64,000 nucleotides of DNA from a virus: the IMG/VR virus record IMGVR_UViG_3300042691_041392. One strand, written 5' to 3'. A program made the position numbers and the translations under genes. Numbering within the stretch: position 1 is the stretch's first letter; each line of letters opens with the position of its first letter. The notes under the pieces are model-generated. The model saw only the letters and a list, made by a program, of their open reading frames with translations, did not search any database and was not told the DNA's origin. Positions 38,066-47,812 of the stretch are shown here, piece by piece.

Positions 38066-38722
38066 TTATTTTATTGGACAAAAAGTTGCTGAATAAATGA
38101 AGTTTTCATTTCTTTTTAACTTAACACCCATAACTCTAGCAGCCTCTTCAACATCTTCTAAACATTCTCTATCAGCACCACCAACTAGAATAACATCTCT
38201 AACTTCACCTAATTCTTCATTAACACTTTGAGCCTCTGTTATTTGAATAAATAAATCATGTAGTTTTTTAGGTAAGTGATACCATTTATGATTATTACCA
38301 ATATAAATAATCATAGTACCTTCTTTAGTTGGAAAACTATCACCTTTAACTAATTCATTTTTATCTTCTTTTTCCTTAACATCTTCATAAACATCCGTAT
38401 CCAAAACTGGTTTGAAAAAGTCAGCGTTAACGTCATAATTATACCTTTTCTCAATTAAATCCTTCTGATTTGGAAAGTGATAAAGGTCTTTGTGAACTGG
38501 AATTTCAGGATCTTTATCATATAAATAATCTTTATCAACATTTTTACCTAGATGATGATTATCCCATATTTGATAAACTCTATTGAAATTCTTACAATAT
38601 TTTTTTAACTCACTTAAATAGTTTTCTGTGAAAAATTTTTTAAATGATTTTTGAACATCAACTATTATAAGAATATCATTATTATCAATATTGTATTTTT
38701 CAAACCTTTTCAAATATCTCAT
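38066..38722 (-). CDS. Isochorismatase/nicotinamidase-like cysteine hydrolase
   Basis: LIIVDVQ, D.H, K, and VGGADRECL with the catalytic Cys. Confidence 0.6.
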   Translation of the reverse strand: MRYLKRFEKYNIDNNDILIIVDVQKSFKKFFTENYLSELKKYCKNFNRVYQIWDNHHLGKNVDKDYLYDKDPEIPVHKDLYHFPNQKDLIEKRYNYDVNADFFKPVLDTDVYEDVKEKEDKNELVKGDSFPTKEGTMIIYIGNNHKWYHLPKKLHDLFIQITEAQSVNEELGEVRDVILVGGADRECLEDVEEAARVMGVKLKRNENFIYSATFCPIK

Positions 38723-38732
38723 AATATATATA

Positions 38733-39422
38733 TTAAAAATTAAAATCTAATTTATCTCTTTTAATATCTCTATTGACTCTACTACAAAGAGGTTGTAAAT
38801 TAGTATAGTGATTTAAACTCATTAATTCTTCATCTGTTTTAGCAGAAGATAGTGGTATTATATGATCAATATCCCAACCATAATTTAATTCACCATTATA
38901 TAAACCATAGTTATTCCAATCCATCCAATATTCAAATTTCGACTCTAAATGTAATTTTAATTCTTCAAATGAACATCCAACTATTTCACTTGTTTTAGTT
39001 TTCTTAACTTTTAAAAACCTTTTAACCATAGACCTTGCGGAATTTTTGATGATTTTATTAGGATCTTTCATAACAACATTGTGATAATAATTCTTTTTAT
39101 ACTCTTTTATCTTTTCAAGATTATCAGATCTCCATTTTTTATAATTTTCACTTTTTTTATCTTTATTCAAAATAGCATAATTTCTATCATATTCCTTTTT
39201 AAATTCTAAATTATCTATATACCACTTTTTGCTTTTATCATTACATTTTTGTTTATTTGAAATATAATATTCTTTTTTATACTCTTTATTTTTATTTTTA
39301 TTTTTCTCAGAGTAAACTTTTCTACAATCTTTACAATCATGTCTATATCCATCTTTACTCGAGCTTAATTTCCCAAATAGTTCAAAGCTTTTTTCTTGTT
39401 TACAAGTACAACAAATCTTCAT
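38733..39422 (-). mobile_element. Free-standing HNH homing endonuclease
   Basis: N-terminal CxxC...CKDC; M.W.NYG...WDIDHIIP...NHYTNLQPL..N. Confidence 0.8.
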
Positions 39423-39431
39423 TTCTGTAAA

Positions 39432-39890
39432 TTATTTTTCCCAAGTATATCTATATTCAAAATAAATATGAGTATCCATGAAATCAGGATAAGCTGAATA
39501 ATAAGGAATTTCACATCTTTTAAGAAACTGATTTATCCCCAAGTAAAGTTCCTCAATATCATTACCATTTATATGTTCCCATCTATCAACCCACAATTCA
39601 ATTAATAGTTCATATCTTTCACTTTCTATTATACCTTCTAAATTATCAAACCAAGGTCCTACTTTGAGTTGATCACCATCAAAACTTATCATAGTACAAT
39701 GATCCATATTACTATCCGGATATGGATATAAAACTGAAAAATTTATATCTATTGGTGTTAAAATTTTAGCAGAATCACAGGATGATAAAATAACATCTTT
39801 AAACTCATATGGATCTAAAAACCAATATTTATTAATAATCTGTTCTAATTCAGACTGACTTTTGAAATTTTCAAATAATTTTATTATCAT
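39432..39890 (-). CDS. Hypothetical protein with MIIKLFENF N-terminus
   Basis: 152-aa ORF; late motif 39895-39903. Confidence 0.6.
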   Translation of the reverse strand: MIIKLFENFKSQSELEQIINKYWFLDPYEFKDVILSSCDSAKILTPIDINFSVLYPYPDSNMDHCTMISFDGDQLKVGPWFDNLEGIIESERYELLIELWVDRWEHINGNDIEELYLGINQFLKRCEIPYYSAYPDFMDTHIYFEYRYTWEK

Positions 39891-39942
39891 TATTTATATA
39901 TTAAAAACAAAAGTGTTATATTTGCTTAAATATATATACATT

Positions 39943-40185
39943 ATGTTATTAAGTAAGTGGGATGTAGTAGCTGAAACAGAACAATGTGTCTTAGTTACCA
40001 TCGATGAGGATGTTGATTTGACAAATTTAGAATTAACTATTATAGACGAGTTTAGAATACCCGTAATAAAATTAAAAGTAAATACAAGAGATATTTCAAT
40101 TTGTTTACAAACGGGAAAGCCAATGTTTGCACAATTAGGTAACTCAGTTAAATATATAACTGGATCTGGTAAAAATTCTTATTAA
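39943..40185 (+). CDS. Hypothetical protein
   Basis: ATG at 39943 (MLLSKW...), ends at a terminator. Confidence 0.45.
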   Translation: MLLSKWDVVAETEQCVLVTIDEDVDLTNLELTIIDEFRIPVIKLKVNTRDISICLQTGKPMFAQLGNSVKYITGSGKNSY

Positions 40186-40187
40186 AT

Positions 40188-40217
40188 AAAAAAGAGACTT
40201 AAAAGTCTCTTTTTTTT
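40188..40217. terminator. Bidirectional terminator
   Basis: AAAAAGAGACTT-aa-AAGTCTCTTTTT. Confidence 0.75.
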
Positions 40218-40830
40218 ATAATGGAAGTTCTTCTTCTCCTTCTTCTCCTTCTTCTTGAGCTTGTCCTTGACCCTGAGTTTGTCCTTGACCCTGACCCTGA
40301 GCTTGTCCTTGTCCTTGACCCTGAGCTTGTCCTTGTCCTTGACCCTGAGCTTGTCCTTGAGGTTCTTCAAATTGTCCTTGATCTTGTCCTTGTCCTTGAG
40401 TTTGTCCTTGACCTTCGGCTTGAGTATCTACTTGTACCTGTCCTTGTCCTTGACCCTGAGCCTGTCCTTGTCCTTGACCCTGAGCCTGTCCTTGTCCTTG
40501 ACCTTGAGTCTGTCCTTGAGCACCACCCATCAAAGCGTTTCCTGGAATTTTTTCCAAATCTAAACCACTAATAGTAATATATTTTAATAATTCTTCAGCG
40601 ATTTCAACATCTCCAAAAAATTGACGAAGATTTTTACCAGTAGAATCTTTAACCTTCTTAACGTAAGAGTTAATCAAAGATTGTGGAATATCAACCATAG
40701 ATCTAACTTTATAAATATCACCAACTTGTAAAACTGATTCTTTAATAGCTTCTACAAAAGCAGATTTATTAATTGATTTTAATTTAACCTTTTCTGTTTT
40801 ATAAGATTCAAAAGTTCTAATATGTTTCAT
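40216..40830 (-). CDS. Late protein with MKHIRTFESY N-terminus and Gln-Gly repeat tail
   Basis: (QG)n repeats at about 40255-40525; extended late promoter 40855-40887. Confidence 0.7.
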   Translation of the reverse strand: MKHIRTFESYKTEKVKLKSINKSAFVEAIKESVLQVGDIYKVRSMVDIPQSLINSYVKKVKDSTGKNLRQFFGDVEIAEELLKYITISGLDLEKIPGNALMGGAQGQTQGQGQGQAQGQGQGQAQGQGQGQVQVDTQAEGQGQTQGQGQDQGQFEEPQGQAQGQGQGQAQGQGQGQAQGQGQGQTQGQGQAQEEGEEGEEELPL

Positions 40831-40888
40831 ATTTTAGCATAATTTTTTATAGGTTATATATTAATAATAAAAACTCATTTTTTTCACT

Positions 40889-41374
40889 TTATAAAGCGAT
40901 AACTGTTAACAATGTAACTACCACACCAGCTAAAAAACCACCACCGAGTGACAACCACTTAACTTTTTTAATATCTTTTTTTAAACCTTCAATTTCTGTA
41001 TTTTTATTTGTATTTTGTTTTTCACAAAGATTTACATCGGTTGTTAAATTTTTATTTTGTTGATTTAAATTCTCAATTTGTTTATCTTTATCGGTTATTT
41101 GATTATTCAATTCACTATTTAACTTCTCCAGTTTAACTATTTGTTTACTTTGCTCATCTATTATCTTTATATAAGATATATTTAAACTATCACATTTTAT
41201 TCTTGCAACTTTCATCAACTCCAATACTTCTAGTTTATTGTCTATATTTTGTGCTTGCTCTAGTGTAAAAATAACAATCTTCTCACCCTTTTCATTCAAT
41301 TCAATTTTTGGATAATCTTGTGAGAACGAACAAAAAGATATCAACATTATAAATAATAATAATATTTTACTCAT
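40889..41374 (-). CDS. Exported coiled-coil protein with C-terminal TM helix, putative spanin component
   Basis: Signal peptide ending SFS|Q, heptad repeats, C-terminal hydrophobic helix. Confidence 0.5.
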   Translation of the reverse strand: MSKILLLFIMLISFCSFSQDYPKIELNEKGEKIVIFTLEQAQNIDNKLEVLELMKVARIKCDSLNISYIKIIDEQSKQIVKLEKLNSELNNQITDKDKQIENLNQQNKNLTTDVNLCEKQNTNKNTEIEGLKKDIKKVKWLSLGGGFLAGVVVTLLTVIAL

Positions 41375-41784
41375 GGTTTTAATTTATTTTTTAGTGATTC
41401 TATCAAATCATCATCATTTCTTCTAATTGGATTTTTGAGTAATTCATCTATTTTTCTATCAGCTTCTAATTTCTCTTTAGCTAATCTATTAGCTTTATCA
41501 GTTGCTTGTTTAACTTTTTCTTTCGAAATATCTAAATCATTTTTTAATTTATCAATAGTTTTTTCTCTTTCATCAATTCTATCTTGTATAGTTTTGTATT
41601 CCGATTTTAGTTTGGAATTAGCTTTCACTAAAGAATCTCTAATTTTTTGTAAATTAATATTATCCTGATGTAGTTTATCATACTTAGTATCGTCTATTTT
41701 TGTACAACTTCTTATATTTAAGAACAGAGAAAATAAAAACAAAGTTGTTAGAACATAAATAGAAATCATTTTAAAATCTTTCAT
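41371..41784 (-). CDS. Membrane-anchored coiled-coil protein, putative spanin component
   Basis: N-terminal TM helix followed by RSC and a coiled coil; 4-nt overlap with the next gene. Confidence 0.5.
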   Translation of the reverse strand: MKDFKMISIYVLTTLFLFSLFLNIRSCTKIDDTKYDKLHQDNINLQKIRDSLVKANSKLKSEYKTIQDRIDEREKTIDKLKNDLDISKEKVKQATDKANRLAKEKLEADRKIDELLKNPIRRNDDDLIESLKNKLKP

Positions 41785-41846
41785 AAACTTTATAATTTTT
41801 AGCAGTATATATAAAAAATATATTATCTTTGTAAAAAATATTTATT

Positions 41847-42374
41847 ATGAAACTTGTCTGCTTTGACTTTGACGATACTTTATTCCATACACCTAAGGCT
41901 GATATAGGTAAATCTATATGGGAAGAAAAAACTGGTACTATGTGGCCATATAATGGTTGGTGGGGTAAATCCGAAACTATTGATAGTAATATATTTCACA
42001 TACCTATGAATCAATGGGTTTTGAGGAAATACCAAGAACACCGTTCCGAAGACGGTACTAAAGTAATTGTTGCCACTGGTCGTTTAGCTAAAGTAAATGG
42101 AATGCTTGATAACATAAATAAATTGTTTGAAGAAAACAATTTAGAATTTGATGAAGTTCATTTAAATTGGGGCGGAGATACTCTACGATTTAAATTGAAA
42201 CTATTTGAACAAAAGTTAAAAGAACATAAAGTAAAAGAGTTTATTATGTTTGATGATAGACATGAACACCTACCACATTTTGAAGATTGGGCAACTGAAT
42301 TTTCCAAAGAAAATGGTGTTAAAATAACTGTTGTTGATGTTATTAATAAAACCGAAAAAACATTTGAAAGATAA
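41847..42374 (+). CDS. HAD-superfamily phosphatase
   Basis: FDFDDTLF, ATGR, K and FDDR motifs I-IV. Confidence 0.8.
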   Translation: MKLVCFDFDDTLFHTPKADIGKSIWEEKTGTMWPYNGWWGKSETIDSNIFHIPMNQWVLRKYQEHRSEDGTKVIVATGRLAKVNGMLDNINKLFEENNLEFDEVHLNWGGDTLRFKLKLFEQKLKEHKVKEFIMFDDRHEHLPHFEDWATEFSKENGVKITVVDVINKTEKTFER

Positions 42375-42412
42375 TTAATATAAATATATAATGCAAAAAT
42401 AATTTTTAAACT

Positions 42413-42691
42413 ATGGCAAAAACTAAAGAACAAGTAGAGTCAAAAGTAGAAGAGATTTTATCCAAACCATATCGTTTAGATCTTCACAATGACGATTTTA
42501 ATTCTTTTGATTGGGTAATCACTTGCCTAATGAAAGTATGTAAACATGAATATGAACAAGCTAACCAATGTGCTTTTATAGTTCATCATAATGGTGTTTG
42601 TGATGTTAAATATGGAGACTATGAGACTATCTCTGATATGAAAGATAAACTACAAAATGCTGGTTTATCAGTAACAATGGAAGCTAATTAA
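42413..42691 (+). CDS. clpS: Clp protease adaptor ClpS
   Basis: LHNDDFNSFDWVI..L...QA.QCA.IVH..G...VK.G. Confidence 0.88.
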   Translation: MAKTKEQVESKVEEILSKPYRLDLHNDDFNSFDWVITCLMKVCKHEYEQANQCAFIVHHNGVCDVKYGDYETISDMKDKLQNAGLSVTMEAN

Positions 42692-42692
42692 T

Positions 42693-42724
42693 AAAAAAGT
42701 CACTCAAATTGAGTGACTTTTTTT
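42693..42724. terminator. Bidirectional terminator
   Basis: AAAAAGTCACTCAA-a-TTGAGTGACTTTTT. Confidence 0.8.
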
Positions 42725-44855
42725 AGTTTCTACCAAACCAATTACTACCTTGTGAATAGTTCGATCTTCTATTTATAAACTGTCTTCTAGCTTTAAGAAC
42801 TTGACCATAATCAAGTCCTTCCATATAATCTCCTTCATTCATACATTTTTCAATGTAAGTCATGAATTGTTTATTGGTTTTATTACCCCACTCTTCAACC
42901 ATCTCTTTGAATTCATTTTTATTAAAGATAGAACTCATGTTAACCAAAGTCATAACGGTATCATCATGACCAACATCAGCCGCATATCTAACATTACCAG
43001 AAGTTGTTGTATGTTTAACAAAAGTTGTTATCTCTCTAATATTATCTTCATTGGTAATAACCAATCCTTTATTCTGCATTAATTCTTGATAATCTTTAAC
43101 CATCATATTTTTATTATCACCAACTTTTAATCCAACTTTCTCTTCTGTTGAATCAACTCTATGTTTATATCTAACAAAAATTGAAGATCCATATTGATTA
43201 TTACCATCAAAAACATGTGGCATCTCCGCCAATAATGTATTACCATAGTTATTTAGCTCCAATACTATTTTAACATTCTCCGGATTAAAATATTCAAAAG
43301 CAATGAGATATAAAAGTTCAGCCAATTGCTTAACTGAAATGAAATTATTTCTATAAATACCTATTTGTTCTAATCGGAAAAAATCAACAATTGATTTATA
43401 CTTAAATTTTTGTTCTTCTATTAAATCAGTTGATTTCTCACCAACTTTAAATATGTTAATAACAGAATAGTCTTGTCCTAAACCTTCTGATATATCTACC
43501 GATAGTACAATTTTATATTCCTTTCTTCGTATTGGTATAAAAGTATCATCATCTTCTATCCATTTTAAATCAGTATAACTAAATCTCAATCTTCTAAGTT
43601 CATCTAATTCAGTAAAAGCGAAATGTTTTTTACCTCTTAATAAATCTTCTATGATAGCCTCATTTAAAAGTGATTTACTACCATTAATAAATCTTAGTCC
43701 ATACTCTTGGTTGAAAGCATCTTCACCACCAATATCCTTAACAGCTTCATCTTTCCAAGTTGTTATTTCAGAAATTGCTAAAATTGAGGTATCCAATCCA
43801 TTTTTATCAACAAAACTCAATGATTTAACCATTTCATCAGTACACTTATCATTATTAAATATGTGTATCACATCCTTTTGAAGATCAATATTAAAGTTCA
43901 TTTCAACCTTTGTTAAATCACCCCAAGTTTCTTTACACAAATTATGTATATCATCAGCAGTAACACCATACTCATACATCTTATGTGGATTTAATCGTAT
44001 ATAAGTAACAAAACGACCAGGTACTTGATACCAATAAACTCTAAATGGTTTATAGTTATTTTTCTGTGGATCACCATCTGGTCTTTCAGCATCAGTTAAT
44101 AACTTATGGAATAAATTCATACCATTAGGAGTTGATGTGATGATAATCTTTGAGTTTTGCACGGCTGATACAGTTGGAAAAGCCGCTGTATAGTAAGGTT
44201 CAATGATATTTGATGGGATATGAGCGAACTCATCTAAGTAAAGTAAGTCAATGGTAAAACCAATTGCTGGTGTCTTTGTTCTTGCCGATGTTTTAATTCT
44301 ACAACCATTCTCAAATGTTAATGATTTTTGGTTCCAAGTTTTAACCCCAGGCTTTAGATAGAATGGTAATAGAGTATAAATAGATTTTACTTTATCAACA
44401 ATCTCAACCGCAGTATCACCTTTGTTCGCTACAATCATTACGTTTTTATCATTATTAAAGAGAATAGTGTGTAAAATAAAAATAGCTGATGATACAGTTT
44501 TACCAACCTGACGAGAAGCCATTAGAATATTGAATCTATTACTAACAAAATTATCCAATATCTCTTCCTGATAATCTCTAAGTTTTATAGAACCAATACT
44601 ACCATCTTCTCTTTTGGTTTTACAATATTGCTCTGTAAAGTAATGTATATCTAAAGCACATCTAATATATTCTTGTTGTTCCTCAGGAGTCATTCTAAAA
44701 GAAACACCTGATCGTTTAATACCAACTTCACCTTTTAGCCAAGGGTTTTGATACCTTTTAAGGACTATACCGTCGTTTATTTTATCAGTAGCATCATCAA
44801 CAAGTCTAGTGGTAAAGACCATCTGTCTTTCTTCTTCTACGTGTTTTTTTGCCAT
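42723..44855 (-). CDS. gp17: Terminase large subunit (T4 gp17-like)
   Basis: LRDYQ, SRQVGKT, LDEFAH, TSTPNG, VDISEGLGQDYS, ELNN and HDDTVM. Confidence 0.93.
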   Translation of the reverse strand: MAKKHVEEERQMVFTTRLVDDATDKINDGIVLKRYQNPWLKGEVGIKRSGVSFRMTPEEQQEYIRCALDIHYFTEQYCKTKREDGSIGSIKLRDYQEEILDNFVSNRFNILMASRQVGKTVSSAIFILHTILFNNDKNVMIVANKGDTAVEIVDKVKSIYTLLPFYLKPGVKTWNQKSLTFENGCRIKTSARTKTPAIGFTIDLLYLDEFAHIPSNIIEPYYTAAFPTVSAVQNSKIIITSTPNGMNLFHKLLTDAERPDGDPQKNNYKPFRVYWYQVPGRFVTYIRLNPHKMYEYGVTADDIHNLCKETWGDLTKVEMNFNIDLQKDVIHIFNNDKCTDEMVKSLSFVDKNGLDTSILAISEITTWKDEAVKDIGGEDAFNQEYGLRFINGSKSLLNEAIIEDLLRGKKHFAFTELDELRRLRFSYTDLKWIEDDDTFIPIRRKEYKIVLSVDISEGLGQDYSVINIFKVGEKSTDLIEEQKFKYKSIVDFFRLEQIGIYRNNFISVKQLAELLYLIAFEYFNPENVKIVLELNNYGNTLLAEMPHVFDGNNQYGSSIFVRYKHRVDSTEEKVGLKVGDNKNMMVKDYQELMQNKGLVITNEDNIREITTFVKHTTTSGNVRYAADVGHDDTVMTLVNMSSIFNKNEFKEMVEEWGNKTNKQFMTYIEKCMNEGDYMEGLDYGQVLKARRQFINRRSNYSQGSNWFGRN

Positions 44856-44945
44856 ATTTTTAATTATTTTTTATAGTGATAATTTTTTTATATATAAAGT
44901 AGAAAAAGTGGAAATTTTACACTTTTTTGAAATAATATATACATT

Positions 44946-45113
44946 ATGGGAAGAAAATCAGGTATTAGTAAATTGAAAGTTGGATTTTCAGTTGATATAG
45001 ATACTTATCAAGAGTTTGAAAAGTATTGTGAAGATAATTTTATAAACAAGTCAAAACTAATGGATAAGATATTGAAAGATTTTCTAAAAAAACAAAAAAG
45101 TAAAGTAGAATAA
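44946..45113 (+). CDS. Ribbon-helix-helix DNA-binding protein (55 aa, not in ORF track)
   Basis: KLKVGFSVDIDTYQEFEKYC....INKSKLMDKILKDFL. Confidence 0.6.
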   Translation: MGRKSGISKLKVGFSVDIDTYQEFEKYCEDNFINKSKLMDKILKDFLKKQKSKVE

Positions 45114-45114
45114 G

Positions 45115-45753
45115 ATGTCTAAAGCTGATAAAGAAAGAAATAGAATAAAAGATGAGTTTGAACAAATACAATCAGAGTCAATAGATTTTGATATATCAAC
45201 ACATTTAGCAAGACCAGAAGATTTACCAGATTTAGGTGAAATTGAAATATATGACTATGATTCAGATCTAACGGTGGCTTCTCAACAATCAATGGATGTA
45301 TTAGAATCATTAGTAGATCTTTATTTAGGAGATGTTCCTAAGTTAAAGGAACATCCTTATATCGCCAACAAAATGAAAGAAGATGCTACTGTTTACGCAG
45401 AAGCTATCTTTTTATCAAAAATGACTAGAAAAAATTTCTTAAATCAATTAAGACAGGTTGATAATGGTGATAACTCAGCTAGAATGCATGAAGTTGTCAA
45501 TCAAACAATTGGTCAAATTAGAGAAAATGCTAAGTTTCTAAGTGGACAAAGAACAGAACTTGAAAAATTCTATAAAACTCTTAGAAAAGATTTAGGTTAT
45601 GAAGAAATTGACAATTCAACTCCAAAAATTGAAGAAATTGGAACTGATGAAGAACCAACTACAAATGATGGAATGATTACTAGCAGTAGAGATTTAAATG
45701 ATTTAATCAAAAATGCCATGTTGAATATGGATGATAAAAAGAAAAAAGGTTAA
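45115..45753 (+). CDS. Terminase small subunit (gp16-like)
   Basis: SARMHEVVNQTI and ITSSRDLNDLIK resemble gp16 PR.YEV...and GST.EL..L; divergent from the large subunit. Confidence 0.55.
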   Translation: MSKADKERNRIKDEFEQIQSESIDFDISTHLARPEDLPDLGEIEIYDYDSDLTVASQQSMDVLESLVDLYLGDVPKLKEHPYIANKMKEDATVYAEAIFLSKMTRKNFLNQLRQVDNGDNSARMHEVVNQTIGQIRENAKFLSGQRTELEKFYKTLRKDLGYEEIDNSTPKIEEIGTDEEPTTNDGMITSSRDLNDLIKNAMLNMDDKKKKG

Positions 45754-46599
45754 TTACTTTCTATAATATTTAAAACTTTCAAATGTTCTTATAAGTTTAG
45801 AGTATTCTAATAAGGTCTTTTTACTTTGAATTCGATTAACTTTATTTGGACTAACCCAGTTTATATAAACAAATTTTTGAATTGAATTTATTTCAGATAT
45901 GATTGTCTTTTTAAGAAAATCCTCTGTATTATCCAGAATAGTTTTTAGAAAATCATTAACTTTTATATTAGTATTCTGCAAATCAGTATCATAATAGTGA
46001 ACCTCATCATATCTTTCAATCTCATTATCTATGAATTTATCACCTTCTGTTTTATAACCAACTAAGTGTTGTAATATAATTCTAATCTTTTTATATAAAA
46101 TTTCATCTAAATCTCTATTATAAAATGTCTCTGATATAAAATAATAATCTTTAATTTCTAAACCTAATTTATAAAGTTTATCTTCTATTTTATCAATTAT
46201 TATTTCATAGTTCTTTTTATTGTTTTTAGAACAAATAATATAAATATGATCTGTTGTATTTTTTATATTATGAAATAAATCCATATTTATCTCATAATCC
46301 AATTCTTTTATTATTTCAGAGTTTGAAAATTCCTGCATAGAAAATCCCAAATTACTCAAATCGAATTTTATTCTCTTACTTTTTATTTTTATTTGATTCA
46401 TCAAATCTTCTGGAAACCAATAATTGGTTCCGTTTAAAGATAATCTTTGATTTTGACTTCTATAAACACCATTTCTAATTAGATTAAAGTCTGATTGTGA
46501 AATCTTTATTATAGGATTATTTGGATTATTTTTATCAATAATCCAAACTTTATTATCAATATTAACTATTGTATCTAAATCAAAAAAATGTGCTTTCAT
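45754..46599 (-). CDS. Degenerate HAD-like protein
   Basis: FFDLDT...ICSK...K...YYD; C-terminal IRTFESF. Confidence 0.45.
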   Translation of the reverse strand: MKAHFFDLDTIVNIDNKVWIIDKNNPNNPIIKISQSDFNLIRNGVYRSQNQRLSLNGTNYWFPEDLMNQIKIKSKRIKFDLSNLGFSMQEFSNSEIIKELDYEINMDLFHNIKNTTDHIYIICSKNNKKNYEIIIDKIEDKLYKLGLEIKDYYFISETFYNRDLDEILYKKIRIILQHLVGYKTEGDKFIDNEIERYDEVHYYDTDLQNTNIKVNDFLKTILDNTEDFLKKTIISEINSIQKFVYINWVSPNKVNRIQSKKTLLEYSKLIRTFESFKYYRK

Positions 46600-46838
46600 T
46601 AATAATATTTATTAATTTTATATTTTATTTCATGTGGCATACCATCAAATCTAGAACCTTCATATTCTTTATCCTTCCATTCGATACCACCACTTAGTTC
46701 ATTCTCAAAACTTCTACACTTAGAACAATTTTTAGGTGGAACTAAATCACCGTTTTCATTTTTAACCATTTCATGTTCTTTATATTCAAATCTGGCTTTA
46801 CACCAAGGACTTTGACATATCTCATATTTTGTTTCCAT
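46599..46838 (-). CDS. Zinc-ribbon protein
   Basis: CQSPWC...PKNCSKC. Confidence 0.55.
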   Translation of the reverse strand: METKYEICQSPWCKARFEYKEHEMVKNENGDLVPPKNCSKCRSFENELSGGIEWKDKEYEGSRFDGMPHEIKYKINKYY

Positions 46839-46855
46839 ATTTTATATATTAAAAT

Positions 46856-46881
46856 AAAAAACCCATCTTGTGATGGGTTTA
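46856..46881. terminator. Intrinsic terminator
   Basis: AAACCCATC-ttgt-GATGGGTTT. Confidence 0.7.
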
Positions 46882-46884
46882 ATT

Positions 46885-47337
46885 TTATTTTATCATATTC
46901 TTACTTAAAGCAAAATCATACAAAATAGGAAGATTTAAATACTTTAAAAAATTTTCTTTTATATCGTTTAAGGTTTTAGACTTTTTAACTATATTTAAAA
47001 TTAGATAACCAAACTCCTCTTGAAAATCTAAATATAACTCAGACCAAGGTTTATTATAATTTTCCAATGTTCTCCATTCTAAGTATCCACCAGTTAACCA
47101 AAAAAGTGATTTACCAGGTGATAAGTTTTCATAAACTATATCATTAATTTCCAAGTCCCAAATTGCCTCATTAGAATCCACATTTCTCATTAAAATAGCC
47201 ACAGCTTCTGCCACATCACTTGTTAACTCTTTACCAATTTCAAAGAAGTATTCTTTTTCCTCTTTGGAAACACTAACAATTCCTTTATTGTAGATGTTTT
47301 TTCCAATTGGCTTTAAACCAACTTTTCTCTTTTTCAT
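46885..47337 (-). CDS. Hypothetical protein
   Basis: 150-aa ORF. Confidence 0.6.
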   Translation of the reverse strand: MKKRKVGLKPIGKNIYNKGIVSVSKEEKEYFFEIGKELTSDVAEAVAILMRNVDSNEAIWDLEINDIVYENLSPGKSLFWLTGGYLEWRTLENYNKPWSELYLDFQEEFGYLILNIVKKSKTLNDIKENFLKYLNLPILYDFALSKNMIK

Positions 47338-47353
47338 AATTGTTTCTTATTTT

Positions 47354-47653
47354 TTATGATTGATAAGTAAGTAAATTAATACCACTTAACCATTTACCAT
47401 AGAACATACCATTTTCAAAAATTCCATTTTCCCACACACCGTAGAATTTACCATTTTTGAATATTCCATAATGCCAATTTCCAGAAATATACTCACCATT
47501 TTTCCAAATAAGAGTATCTTTTTTAATTTCTATTTCAGCATTTTCTATTTCAGAATCTAAAAGCCAATAAAATTTATTATCTTTGAGTATTTTGATTATT
47601 TGAGACTCTGTTGTATAAGTCTTATTATCATATTTCAATTCACTATATCTCAT
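47354..47653 (-). CDS. G-x-W/F pentapeptide-like repeat protein
   Basis: WKNGEYISGNWHYGIFKNGKFYGVWENGIFENG. Confidence 0.6.
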   Translation of the reverse strand: MRYSELKYDNKTYTTESQIIKILKDNKFYWLLDSEIENAEIEIKKDTLIWKNGEYISGNWHYGIFKNGKFYGVWENGIFENGMFYGKWLSGINLLTYQS

Positions 47654-47760
47654 ATCTAAGATATTATTTTAACATATATATTTAGATTTTTTTCCATCAA
47701 TTTTTCAAGTCTTAAAAAATCCATAGTTTTTTCAAGTCTTAAAAAAAATTTTTTAAATAA

Positions 47761-47790
47761 AAAAAGAGAGACTTAAAAAAGTCTCTCTTT
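47761..47790. terminator. Intrinsic terminator
   Basis: AAAAGAGAGACTT-aa-AAAAGTCTCTCTTTT. Confidence 0.75.
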
Positions 47791-47812
47791 TATATTCATT
47801 TTCAATAACTTA

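Noticed and set aside
40182-40571. Three repetitive ORFs overlapping the QG-tail gene
   Set aside because: Other frames of the same repeat; only 40216-40830 has a promoter and leader
42723-44855. Intein or intron in the terminase or other core genes
   Set aside because: No Cys/Ser...His-Asn intein ends; reading frames are uninterrupted and the endonucleases are free-standing
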